IMG/VR virus record: IMGVR_UViG_3300008107_000013
Reading direction: 5' to 3' (one strand)
Length of the DNA: 64,000 nucleotides
DNA from: an uncultured virus (IMG/VR IMGVR_UViG_3300008107_000013)
Lineage: Duplodnaviria > Heunggongvirae > Uroviricota > Caudoviricetes
How positions within the stretch are numbered: the first letter of the stretch is position 1; every line of letters starts with the position of its first letter. A program made the translations under genes and the position numbers. The notes beneath the pieces are model-generated. The model ran no database searches. It was not told where the DNA came from and worked only from the letters and a program-made list of their open reading frames with translations. Below, in pieces: positions 7,649 through 16,437 of this stretch.

Positions 7649-8082
7649 ATTTTGTAGACCTTAAACAAATAAATTACTATAGAAACTATTCCTAATATCC
7701 ACCAAAAAAGATCATTGACCTTGTCTTTATCTTTTTGTATGAGTTTCATTTCCTCTTCATTTGATTTATTAATTTCTTGTTTTAGTTGTTGAACTCTTTG
7801 CCAAGCTTCTTTTCCGTATTTGTTAATTACATCTTTCTCCATTTTTTGGAGCATTTCTTTTCGTTCTTGTTCTTCTTGAAACTTTTCAAACGCTTGAATT
7901 TCTGCATTTATATACATTCTTTCTTTTTGTCTCTTTTCATACTCTCTTTTTTTCTGAGCTTGCTTTACCGCTTCGTTGTTATCTGATTGTATATCAGTAA
8001 CAATTTTTGCAGTATCTTTACCAATTTTTTGAGCTTCCTTTAACGTATTTAAATTTTTGGAAACTTCATTTAAATCGCTCAT
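7645..8082 (-). CDS. coiled-coil protein with C-terminal TM anchor
   Basis: Charged helical body, C-terminal LFWWILGIVSIVIYLF. Confidence 0.7.
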   Translation of the reverse strand: MSDLNEVSKNLNTLKEAQKIGKDTAKIVTDIQSDNNEAVKQAQKKREYEKRQKERMYINAEIQAFEKFQEEQERKEMLQKMEKDVINKYGKEAWQRVQQLKQEINKSNEEEMKLIQKDKDKVNDLFWWILGIVSIVIYLFKVYKI

Positions 8083-8288
8083 TTGTTTTGTCTTTCCAAT
8101 TCTTTAGCAACTGCTCTCATTTTAATAAGGTCAGAAGCACTCGGTCCTTTTTTAGATTGAACGTTTCCATCGTCTTCAGAAATATTATCTTGTTTTGCTT
8201 CTCGCAATATGTTGACCGCAATTGCTCCTAGAATTAAAATCTCTATGAGATAAAATACCATAAACGACTCAAACAATGTACTTGTCAT
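8079..8288 (-). CDS. small N-terminal TM protein (start reassigned to 8288)
   Basis: MTSTLFESFMVFYLIEILILGAIAVNIL; ATGA overlap with upstream stop. Confidence 0.6.
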   Translation of the reverse strand: MTSTLFESFMVFYLIEILILGAIAVNILREAKQDNISEDDGNVQSKKGPSASDLIKMRAVAKELERQNK

Positions 8289-8554
8289 CTCTTTGTCATC
8301 CAGGTTGATATTCCAACATATGTACCAACTACCCCACCCAAAGCAATCCAATACAAATCAAGCATGTCTTTAATCTTTTCTAATCTTGATTCAGGTACAA
8401 AGAACATTAAAGCAAACGCTGAAGCAATCATAGCAACTAACGAAAGCCAGGCCATTCTCCTTCGATTAACTGCTTTACGTTCGTATTGCGCTTCTTCTTT
8501 AGAAGATACTTTTCCATCCTTGTTTAGATCTATTTCATTATTTGTATTGTCCAT
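8285..8554 (-). CDS. EF-hand-motif two-TM protein, holin-like
   Basis: DLNKDGKVSSKEE loop, basic RRR, two TM helices. Confidence 0.65.
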   Translation of the reverse strand: MDNTNNEIDLNKDGKVSSKEEAQYERKAVNRRRMAWLSLVAMIASAFALMFFVPESRLEKIKDMLDLYWIALGGVVGTYVGISTWMTKR

Positions 8555-10130
8555 CTACCATCTCCTGATGTAATCTATCTGCTGCTCCAAAAAGTCTTCT
8601 CCCAGCTTGTCTATTATCTATTACATCTTTACCATATTGTTTTTTTATTTGTTTTTCAAGAATGTCCGGGATGTTAGATTGAGCATAGGAAGAAAATCCT
8701 GGCACAAAACTCATTGCACTGATAACATTTGCTTGAACTGCTACTTGTCCTTCAAAAGAAGTGGCTTGTTCAGCTTTTCTCATTTCTTCTTTCGCTTTCT
8801 TTTCACTTGCTAACTTTACTTCGGAACCAAGTTTACCTTCATTAGAACTAGATTTGGATTCTGCTCTTTCACTTCTTTCTGTTCTGGTTGTTCTTTGAGC
8901 TGATTGCTGAGATTGTGATTGGGATGCTGAGGGTTTTGCTTCACTTTTTTCTGTTGTTTGTTGGGGCGAGGCAATTGCTTGGATTCCAGCATTTTGAGTT
9001 CCTGAGGGTGTTAACTTTACCGCAGCAGTTGTATCACTTGGAGAGGCTGAAGTAGTCTTTGTTTCTATTACGCTATCAACGGCACTATCTCCAGTTTTTG
9101 AAACTGTTGTTTGAACTGCACCGTCTGTTTTTATAGATGTTGTCGGCTCTGTTTTTGAAACTACGGTAGAAGATGTTGTGTTAGTGCTAGATGAAGAATT
9201 TAAAATATTTTGTCTAGCATACGCGGAAGAATAGCCTGGACACTCTTGAGAGTAAAGAGGATTATCAGAACATTGTTGAGTTAAAAGTGCTTGATCGTAA
9301 CCTGAGCACGATTTATCATAGAGAGGATTTAAAGAGCACTGTTGAACAAGAAATGCTGCTTGATAGCCTGGACATATCTGAGAAGATAGCGGGTTAATGT
9401 TACATTGAGCTAAAGTATAACCTGGGCAAGAAGGATCAAACAATGGATTTATCGAACATTGTTGGGTTTGATAAGCTGCTGCATAGCCTGGGCACGAGGG
9501 ACTAGATAGAGGATTAGATTGGCAAAGGTCCTGGGTGTATTCTAACATTATAGATGGCATTCTAACTTGAGGGCCATAATACCCTGCCCAGAATTTAGCA
9601 TCTTTTCCTGTAAATTTTAACTCTAAATCTGTTACACTAGACAAAGGATAATCTTGAGGGAACCATTGAGTACCGGAATAGTTAATAAATCCCATTCCTA
9701 TCATCTGAGGATAATTAGAGGTGTAAGACTGTAAGATTGCGCCTGATGTATCTCTTAGAGAAACAGTACTTGATAATGTTCCATATTGACCAGATGATGA
9801 GTCGTTATTAATATTCCATGAATACGAGTACCCTCCAATTTTTAATCCGGTTCCTGCGGTTGCAAGCGCAGCATTAATTCCTATAGTTTGAGTTGCAGAT
9901 GCAACAGTATATCCAAAAATAATAGTATTAGTTCCTGGATTAAAAGCAGGTGTTGTTCCTCCTGCAAATCCTCCATTCTGCCCGGCAACAGTTCCTGTCC
10001 ATGCGTTTACGGTAGGAGATAGGAGGTTTTGAGATTGAGTATACGTAGCGTAAGGGTCTGGCTGAGACCCGACAACCTGGGCATATGATACGTTACTCAA
10101 AAACAAGAGAAACAACAGATACTTTTTCAA
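8538..10130 (-). CDS. secreted protein with five C-x2-NPL-x4-C-[PS]GY repeats and Ser/Thr-rich linker
   Basis: Signal peptide MKKYLLFLLFLSNVSYA; repeats visible in translation; TTG start overlapping upstream TGA. Confidence 0.75.
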   Translation of the reverse strand: MKKYLLFLLFLSNVSYAQVVGSQPDPYATYTQSQNLLSPTVNAWTGTVAGQNGGFAGGTTPAFNPGTNTIIFGYTVASATQTIGINAALATAGTGLKIGGYSYSWNINNDSSSGQYGTLSSTVSLRDTSGAILQSYTSNYPQMIGMGFINYSGTQWFPQDYPLSSVTDLELKFTGKDAKFWAGYYGPQVRMPSIMLEYTQDLCQSNPLSSPSCPGYAAAYQTQQCSINPLFDPSCPGYTLAQCNINPLSSQICPGYQAAFLVQQCSLNPLYDKSCSGYDQALLTQQCSDNPLYSQECPGYSSAYARQNILNSSSSTNTTSSTVVSKTEPTTSIKTDGAVQTTVSKTGDSAVDSVIETKTTSASPSDTTAAVKLTPSGTQNAGIQAIASPQQTTEKSEAKPSASQSQSQQSAQRTTRTERSERAESKSSSNEGKLGSEVKLASEKKAKEEMRKAEQATSFEGQVAVQANVISAMSFVPGFSSYAQSNIPDILEKQIKKQYGKDVIDNRQAGRRLFGAADRLHQEMVDGQYK

Positions 10131-10702
10131 TTGCAGCCCAATCTAGCCTTTACAATTGGATCGTCCCCGGCAAAGTCTTTGCAAAGAAATTCATCTTTCT
10201 TCTCTGCTTGTTTCTTAGACTCTACTCTAGGAGGATTGACACCGTACGCACCAATATTTGCTTTATCAGCTTTGTTTACTACTCCTCGCTTTTCCCACTC
10301 GTCTTTTGCATCCTGTCCAATCTTTCCCTCTACTGGGCAGGGTGTTCCCGCAGCAATCATAGCGGTAAAAATTCTCTCGTCTTGACATAGAGTAGCAACT
10401 GCAGCTACTTTCATGCCCATGTCGTATAAATTTTTAGCTAATTTAATTCTTTCACAATTCATATCTCTCATAGTACCGCCCATAGAGATGCCTAGAATTT
10501 GTGTTTGAACGGCTCCAGAAGCAGCAACAGCACACACATCGTTGTTAATGGTAGTGATGGATGGAGCTACAGCGGTTGGAGGGGGGCTTTCAACTTTTGT
10601 TTCGGATGAACTTCTCGAAGTCGAATCAGTGACAACTGTTTGAGCAGTTGCAGATGATGAAAACATAACAAAAAGCAGCACACTTGCTAGCTTTTTGTAC
10701 AT
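10127..10702 (-). CDS. secreted Cys-containing phage protein of unknown function
   Basis: Signal peptide ending SATA; PPPTAVAP, DMNCERIKL, KVAAVATLCQD and AGTPCP motifs. Confidence 0.8.
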   Translation of the reverse strand: MYKKLASVLLFVMFSSSATAQTVVTDSTSRSSSETKVESPPPTAVAPSITTINNDVCAVAASGAVQTQILGISMGGTMRDMNCERIKLAKNLYDMGMKVAAVATLCQDERIFTAMIAAGTPCPVEGKIGQDAKDEWEKRGVVNKADKANIGAYGVNPPRVESKKQAEKKDEFLCKDFAGDDPIVKARLGCN

Positions 10703-10732
10703 TTTTTTATTTCCTTTTTTTGGTTGTTACAA

Positions 10733-11005
10733 CTACTTCTTATTTATAAGGCGTCTGTCATCAGCCTGTATCCAATAGGTAATAAACATATTGGCATCCA
10801 TCTCAGAACTGAAAAACCCTGTTTGAACTTCTCCGGTCTCGGCATGAGTCATTACTACGAGGATGGAGTCAAATGTTGATGATGAAGCTTTAATGATCCA
10901 ATTTTCAATCTTAATAGGATCAACAGAAAGTATTTCTAGGCCAGGATAACGATCAGATGTTATTGACTTCAAAGAGCGATAAAACTTATCGAAGTCTTCG
11001 TGCAT
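10733..11005 (-). CDS. hypothetical protein
   Basis: 90 aa ORF, TAATG-coupled. Confidence 0.65.
   Translation of the reverse strand: MHEDFDKFYRSLKSITSDRYPGLEILSVDPIKIENWIIKASSSTFDSILVVMTHAETGEVQTGFFSSEMDANMFITYWIQADDRRLINKK
10741..10748 (-). promoter_or_regulatory. T4-type late promoter TATAAATA
   Basis: Exact gp55 consensus ~40 bp upstream of the start at 10702. Confidence 0.7.
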
Positions 11006-11592
11006 TAATCACTTCCAAATGTTTCAACGTAACGGGCATATAAGCCTATTTCTCTCCCGTACGCTTCAATCTCCCAAGGCTGGTCCCAATAATCAACCTT
11101 GTTTTCATCTATGTGAGAGGATTGCCATCTGGCTTTTCTCTTTGATACAAACCCATCATTAAGCTCCCCAAGTGCAAACTGTTTCATATGGACAACTTCA
11201 TGGGCTAAGTATTTTAGTAACTCTTCTTTTGACATCTTCTTATATAATTCTATTTCAAACTCTTTGTACTGGCCATCTCGTTCAACATATGAACAATAAC
11301 CCATTGCGTCATCAGCAAGCTTGGGCATAAGTCTAATGTTAAGAGAGATGTTCTTACAGATTCGTCTTGGGAGCAAAAGGGATGCATAATACTCAGCAGC
11401 AATTGCAAGCTCGTCTTTGAGCTTGGATGAACGATGTCCAACAACCGATACATCCATCAAGTTACCGATAGAGTAACGATAGTTGAACGTCTTAGTAAAT
11501 ACTAATTCACCCTTCTTTCTCATACGCTTTTTTGATCCCCTCCCAGAGATCGTAAGGCCCGTGGAATAAGGCAGATAGTAAGTGAAATGCAT
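11005..11592 (-). CDS. HEXXH zinc metallopeptidase-like protein (start uncertain)
   Basis: LAHEVVHMKQ and YWDQPWEIEAY motifs. Confidence 0.75.
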   Translation of the reverse strand: MHFTYYLPYSTGLTISGRGSKKRMRKKGELVFTKTFNYRYSIGNLMDVSVVGHRSSKLKDELAIAAEYYASLLLPRRICKNISLNIRLMPKLADDAMGYCSYVERDGQYKEFEIELYKKMSKEELLKYLAHEVVHMKQFALGELNDGFVSKRKARWQSSHIDENKVDYWDQPWEIEAYGREIGLYARYVETFGSD

Positions 11593-11646
11593 GTGAGATT
11601 ATTATAGCTGTTATAAAAACTGGTAAAAGTAACGTAAACCTTAAAA

Positions 11647-13035
11647 TCACTTAAATTCCTCGAAAACGCTTTTCTCTATACGTCTTTCATTATTTATTCT
11701 TTCTCCAGCCTGAGAGCTATCAAAAACCGGCTTATCATTAGACACGTCATCTTGAGCAGTCTGCTCTACATTGTAAAGCCGCATTTTTGATCTATCCACA
11801 CCAATCACAAACTTTCTATGAAATGACGGGTCATTGTAGCGATTCTTTAGCTGTTTAACTAAAAACTGATTGAGATCCTGCAATTCGTCTGTAGAAATTA
11901 AAGCGAACATGAAGTCCGCTGTAGCCGGTAGACCAAAGGATTCCGATGTATCTTCAAGTCCTAGGTCGCTATTCGTATAACCCGAACGAGTAGTCTGAGT
12001 AGCCGTTACAATAGGTACGTCAAACTCTACTGCTAACCCTCTAAGTTCCTCGGCAATTGCTTTGATATAAGAATAAGAATTAACATTACTTCCAAACTTA
12101 AGTCTAGATGAAATGCAAATATTTAAGTAATCGATGTAGATAATCTCAGGCTTAAAATTCTTCTTTATCTTGAGTTCATTTAGAAGATGTCTGATGTGTC
12201 CAGATCCAGCTGAGGCAGTGGGATACTCTTTTATAATTAGTTTACCTTTAGTTTTCTCTAGAAGTCTATCTACCTTTCTCTTGTAAGCATCTTCAGTCAG
12301 CATTGATAGCATGTCGATAGTTTCATTTAGAAGATTTGCGTCAATTCGTTCGGCAATCTTCTCCTCTGACATCTCCATCGTTACGTAAAGTACATTACGT
12401 CCTTGAATAAGGTTGGCTGCTGCACAATGACACATAAAGAGAGACTTACCTACACCAGTACCAGCTAGCGCTACATTGAGTGTCTTAGTTGGTAGACCCC
12501 CTTTAGTTATTTTATTAAAGAATTCTAGATCAAACTCAACACGCTTTTCTTTTCTATGATATGAATTATACCGCTCCAAGAAGTCACCTAGAAAGTCGTG
12601 ACCTACTGATGTATCGAACGATACTGCTAATGCATCAGAAAGTATTTGTGGAATAGCTTCTTTTGTATACTTCCCTGTCCTATCATCAAGGATGTGAATT
12701 GATTCCATGATAGCATTTTGAATAGCTTTATCCTGACAATGCTTTTCAGTATTATCCACAAGCCATTCAAGATCACAAGGTTCATCCTTAAGATTGTTAA
12801 GATAGTCTATTGTTTGCTTAACTTCATCATCAGATACTTTTTCTAATTTGTCAGCATCGATGACAAGAGCGGCAGTAGTTGGTTGTTTATTGTACTCTTT
12901 TGAATACGCTTCAATAAGATTGAAAACGTTTTTATGGATTCTGTCGGTAAAGTAATCCGACTTAATAAAGGGTAGTGTCTTTCTTAAAAATTCTTCGTTG
13001 TTGATCAGATTAGTTAGTATTGTATTCTCAATCAA
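11647..13035 (-). CDS. gp41: replicative DNA helicase (DnaB-like)
   Basis: AGTGVGKS, IIKEYPT, IDYL, TATQTTR, SESFGLPATAD and KQLKNRY motifs. Confidence 0.97.
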   Translation of the reverse strand: MIENTILTNLINNEEFLRKTLPFIKSDYFTDRIHKNVFNLIEAYSKEYNKQPTTAALVIDADKLEKVSDDEVKQTIDYLNNLKDEPCDLEWLVDNTEKHCQDKAIQNAIMESIHILDDRTGKYTKEAIPQILSDALAVSFDTSVGHDFLGDFLERYNSYHRKEKRVEFDLEFFNKITKGGLPTKTLNVALAGTGVGKSLFMCHCAAANLIQGRNVLYVTMEMSEEKIAERIDANLLNETIDMLSMLTEDAYKRKVDRLLEKTKGKLIIKEYPTASAGSGHIRHLLNELKIKKNFKPEIIYIDYLNICISSRLKFGSNVNSYSYIKAIAEELRGLAVEFDVPIVTATQTTRSGYTNSDLGLEDTSESFGLPATADFMFALISTDELQDLNQFLVKQLKNRYNDPSFHRKFVIGVDRSKMRLYNVEQTAQDDVSNDKPVFDSSQAGERINNERRIEKSVFEEFK

Positions 13036-13247
13036 TTTTTACCTTTCATAGAACCAGGTTTCTTCATATTTCTTTTTACCCACGTTTTATTAATCATCGT
13101 AACGTGCTCCTCGTCAGTAGAAAAGACTACATCATCTCCTTCCCTCCAGTCTAACTCTTTCATCATTTCTTCATCAAACTGAAGAATCTGTTCTTTAGTT
13201 GCAGGATCTTCTAGTACTTCAGCTTGATATACCTTTGATGAGGTCAA
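13032..13247 (-). CDS. AbrB/MazE/SpoVT-like small protein
   Basis: ILQFDEEMMKELDWREGDDVVF swapped-hairpin pattern. Confidence 0.6.
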   Translation of the reverse strand: MTSSKVYQAEVLEDPATKEQILQFDEEMMKELDWREGDDVVFSTDEEHVTMINKTWVKRNMKKPGSMKGKN

Positions 13248-13545
13248 GTTCTTTCTCCGTCACATTAAAATGTTTGCCAGGGTATTTTGTTTTTATATTC
13301 GCAACGATTTCTTCGTAGTTCTTACCCTGAAGTAAGAATTCTTTTGTATCTCTGCTATAGAAGAAAAATTGTTCGTTATGAACCTCTACTGACGCATCTA
13401 TTATTTTTGACCTTAGATCATCCAAAACGTCTTGCGCAAACGTGGCAAGCATTTTGATTCGTTGATATCTTTTATAAACCAGCCATCCTCGATAGACAGC
13501 TGCTCCGATAACAAATCCAATCATAAGAAAAATAAATTCAATCAT
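13219..13545 (-). CDS. hypothetical protein with N-terminal TM helix
   Basis: MIEFIFLMIGFVIGAAVY. Confidence 0.65.
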   Translation of the reverse strand: MIEFIFLMIGFVIGAAVYRGWLVYKRYQRIKMLATFAQDVLDDLRSKIIDASVEVHNEQFFFYSRDTKEFLLQGKNYEEIVANIKTKYPGKHFNVTEKELDLIKGISS

Positions 13546-13828
13546 TACTATCTCCTACAAGATTAAATCCTACCTCTTTAATTTTGTTATCGCTCCATGT
13601 AGCAAGATAATTATTGTCTTTCCGAAAAAGATCTAGTGCGTCTTGTTCGGTAACAGTGCGGTGACTAAAGATTGTTTCTCCTAAATGCTCCTGTGAGAAT
13701 TCTTTAATTACTTTGTTATTAACATGCCCCTCCACTACACTATCCAAAGCCCATTCGGGATGGTTGTCATTAGTTTCAATAAGATAACGCATACGAAATT
13801 GAGAGATAGTTTCAACGAGTACTAACAT
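13538..13828 (-). CDS. conserved phage hypothetical protein
   Basis: LVETISQFRMRY and EFSQEHLGETI motifs. Confidence 0.7.
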   Translation of the reverse strand: MLVLVETISQFRMRYLIETNDNHPEWALDSVVEGHVNNKVIKEFSQEHLGETIFSHRTVTEQDALDLFRKDNNYLATWSDNKIKEVGFNLVGDSND

Positions 13829-13882
13829 AAGTCACCTTTGCTAACAAGATAATCATATGATAAAATTAAACCTAAATTAAAT

Positions 13883-14953
13883 CTACTCGACTTCGCTAGT
13901 AATCTCTTCGGACGAATTAGGATCTGGAAGCCCGGGGGCACCGTAACTATACTCGTTTTTCGCACATTCTTCAAGCCTTGCCATTACTTCCTCAGTAAAG
14001 TACTTTTCAGGGTTGGTGTTAATTTCCTTCCCAAATACTTTCTGTCCATTTGGAAGCTCATAACGAGTAGATGTCTTCTTGAAGATTTCATACTTCTCAG
14101 CCAAGTCTAGGAGACCGTAGTATCGGTCAAGACCTTTGTCGTAAGTAAGAAGCACTTCGACTTTTGAATGTTCTTTCGATAGTCGAGATTTGTACATTTG
14201 AACCTTGATGATATTTCCGATGATTGCACCGGAAGTGTCTTTTTCTTTCTTTTTTGATAACATTGCAATAGAACTGGCAGCATATTTTAACCCCGTACCT
14301 CCCCCTAACTCTTTCATAGGTATATAAGAACCGACTAAATCATAAACGTGATTAGTTACTAACATTGGCACACTTACCTTGGCAAGTCTAAGTGTAAGCA
14401 CTCTAAACGTTGCTTTAATGACCTGTGCCTTGGTCATATCTCTAGTATCTTTACCTTCCAGACTATCTTCCATCTCCTTAGAGGTAGAGAGTAGTCCTAG
14501 ACTATCTAATACAAACAGCATAGGGGGGCGCTTATCTTTAGGCTGCTTATCGTATGCATCTAACATCTTAAGTGCATGAGTCTTAAACTTCTGAATAGTA
14601 TCAGGCTCGGCAATAATAACACGTTTAGTATCAATACCTCGCTCCTCCATCATTCCTTTGGTGACGGCTGCTTCGGTGTCATAATAGACGACTCCACCTG
14701 TTGGATGCTTTTCGAGGAAAGATCGGACGATCCCAAGAACGAAGTAACTCTTACCAGTAGCGGACTCTCCTGCAAAACCAGTAATTTTATTATCAGGTAC
14801 GCCGCCATAGAGGCTGCCTGAGAGAGCAGCGTTGAGAATGTAGCTGCCAGTATCAATAAAGCTCCCAAACTCAGCACTACCAGCACCGTCAGCGGCAATA
14901 GAAGTATCTTCATCTTTAATAGTCTCCACAAGGTCTCTAAAAAAATCACTCAT
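13883..14953 (-). CDS. uvsX: RecA-like recombinase UvsX
   Basis: DTGSY, AGESATGKS, YDTE, LDSLG, VTNH and GGGTGLKYAAS motifs. Confidence 0.97.
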   Translation of the reverse strand: MSDFFRDLVETIKDEDTSIAADGAGSAEFGSFIDTGSYILNAALSGSLYGGVPDNKITGFAGESATGKSYFVLGIVRSFLEKHPTGGVVYYDTEAAVTKGMMEERGIDTKRVIIAEPDTIQKFKTHALKMLDAYDKQPKDKRPPMLFVLDSLGLLSTSKEMEDSLEGKDTRDMTKAQVIKATFRVLTLRLAKVSVPMLVTNHVYDLVGSYIPMKELGGGTGLKYAASSIAMLSKKKEKDTSGAIIGNIIKVQMYKSRLSKEHSKVEVLLTYDKGLDRYYGLLDLAEKYEIFKKTSTRYELPNGQKVFGKEINTNPEKYFTEEVMARLEECAKNEYSYGAPGLPDPNSSEEITSEVE

Positions 14954-15144
14954 TGTATACCTTCCTCTATTTGTTTTTCATAATACTTTTTAAGCTCTTT
15001 TACTGCTTCAAGCACTGTAGGATGAAGGTGCTCAAAATTTTGATAGTCCATAATATTATTCATAAGATTACGAGACAATCTTATTTCTCTAAAATATCCA
15101 ATAGGATTAACTTCAAAATCATTCATGATGTTAGTATTCTCCAA
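14950..15144 (-). CDS. hypothetical protein
   Basis: 64 aa ORF overlapping both neighbours. Confidence 0.6.
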   Translation of the reverse strand: MENTNIMNDFEVNPIGYFREIRLSRNLMNNIMDYQNFEHLHPTVLEAVKELKKYYEKQIEEGIQ

Positions 15145-16135
15145 CGTCTATAGATTTAGGTTTAACTATTCCAGCTGCCTCTTTCTGTCTTCTAGAAATG
15201 CTTGCGGCATCGTCTGAAATGTCGTCTTCAGGCATTACTTTAATTTTTTTCTTGTCAATCTCTATTTTACCTGCTTTACGTTTTTCGTTCAACTTATGAG
15301 TACGTTTAAGCCATCTAGGGATTACATTGTCTTTATTTTTTAAATCATCCTCTACCTCTATTTTATTTTGAGGAGGTAAAGGAGTTTTTAACTGACTGTT
15401 AGCAGCAATTAAAAGAGCTATAGCGAGGGGATCGAACACTGCAACTATTAAAATTATAACCCATCTTACTGCTTTATCAATAACAGAGTCATCAGCCTCT
15501 CCATAGATAAGCTCTGCTATGTATTTGATAGGCCCTACTTCAGCTGTAATTTTTCTTAACTCGGAAGCTAGAGGTGCTTTTTCTTCGTTAAGCTTTGTAA
15601 TTTCTTTTTGTGCATTTGCAATATCAAGTAAGAGTTTTTCACGCTCTTTTGCTTGCGTTCGACGAACAAGAACTGCTCTTTCTGCCCCCTGACCTTCGGA
15701 GGTTCTTGAAAGAAGCTGATCAACCTGTTCATCCATTTGTTTGATAGCTTTACGAGCAGCATCGATATTGTCTTTCTGAATCTTTATTTTATCTTCAACG
15801 ATAGAAACTTTACTTAGAGCATCTCCTGTAGGAACCGCTTGATCTAAATGTGCTTTAGACAGATAACCAAACGTTCCCATTGAAGTAATAAACATTAAAA
15901 CAACTACCGCCGAAACTAGATAATATTTTAATGTTTTACTAACAACATCCCAGTTTCTATATAGCCACGAGACTGACACTACCTTGGCTAATCCTAACGA
16001 CCCTCCTAAAATAACTATAGGCCAAAATGCAGAAGAAAAAATAGTGGTAAGGCCAATTATAGAGTAAAACTCCGCTACCGCCGAGAGAAGTAACGCAGTT
16101 GCTAAAGCTACGTGATTAATGTTTATTGATTTCAT
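15131..16135 (-). CDS. membrane protein: three TM, long coiled coil, TM (VFDPLA)
   Basis: Hydrophobicity pattern; TSMGTFGYLSKAH and EVGPIKYIAE motifs. Confidence 0.8.
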   Translation of the reverse strand: MKSININHVALATALLLSAVAEFYSIIGLTTIFSSAFWPIVILGGSLGLAKVVSVSWLYRNWDVVSKTLKYYLVSAVVVLMFITSMGTFGYLSKAHLDQAVPTGDALSKVSIVEDKIKIQKDNIDAARKAIKQMDEQVDQLLSRTSEGQGAERAVLVRRTQAKEREKLLLDIANAQKEITKLNEEKAPLASELRKITAEVGPIKYIAELIYGEADDSVIDKAVRWVIILIVAVFDPLAIALLIAANSQLKTPLPPQNKIEVEDDLKNKDNVIPRWLKRTHKLNEKRKAGKIEIDKKKIKVMPEDDISDDAASISRRQKEAAGIVKPKSIDVGEY

Positions 16136-16437
16136 GAATTAACTATTTTTTTAACTTTAGAAATAAAATCATTCATTTTTTGTGATCTATTTGGCCAGTA
16201 AATATATTCTTTTGAATCATCTTTAGCCAAATTAACTAACAATGGCATTACCATTTTATAAAGCTGTTCGAGCTTACCCTTGTATGTCTCTTCTATTTCT
16301 GCTAATGCCTGATCTTTAGATGTTACTTCTTGTTGGAGCTGACGCTCCATTGCTTTAAGTTCATCTTCGCTTACAGCAGAGAATCCAAAATCATTTGAAT
16401 CCATATCGTACATATCATCAATGGTAGTTTTAATCAT
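16132..16437 (-). CDS. conserved T4-like hypothetical protein
   Basis: DFGFSAV and KEYIYWPNR motifs; ATGA-coupled to gp43. Confidence 0.75.
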   Translation of the reverse strand: MIKTTIDDMYDMDSNDFGFSAVSEDELKAMERQLQQEVTSKDQALAEIEETYKGKLEQLYKMVMPLLVNLAKDDSKEYIYWPNRSQKMNDFISKVKKIVNS

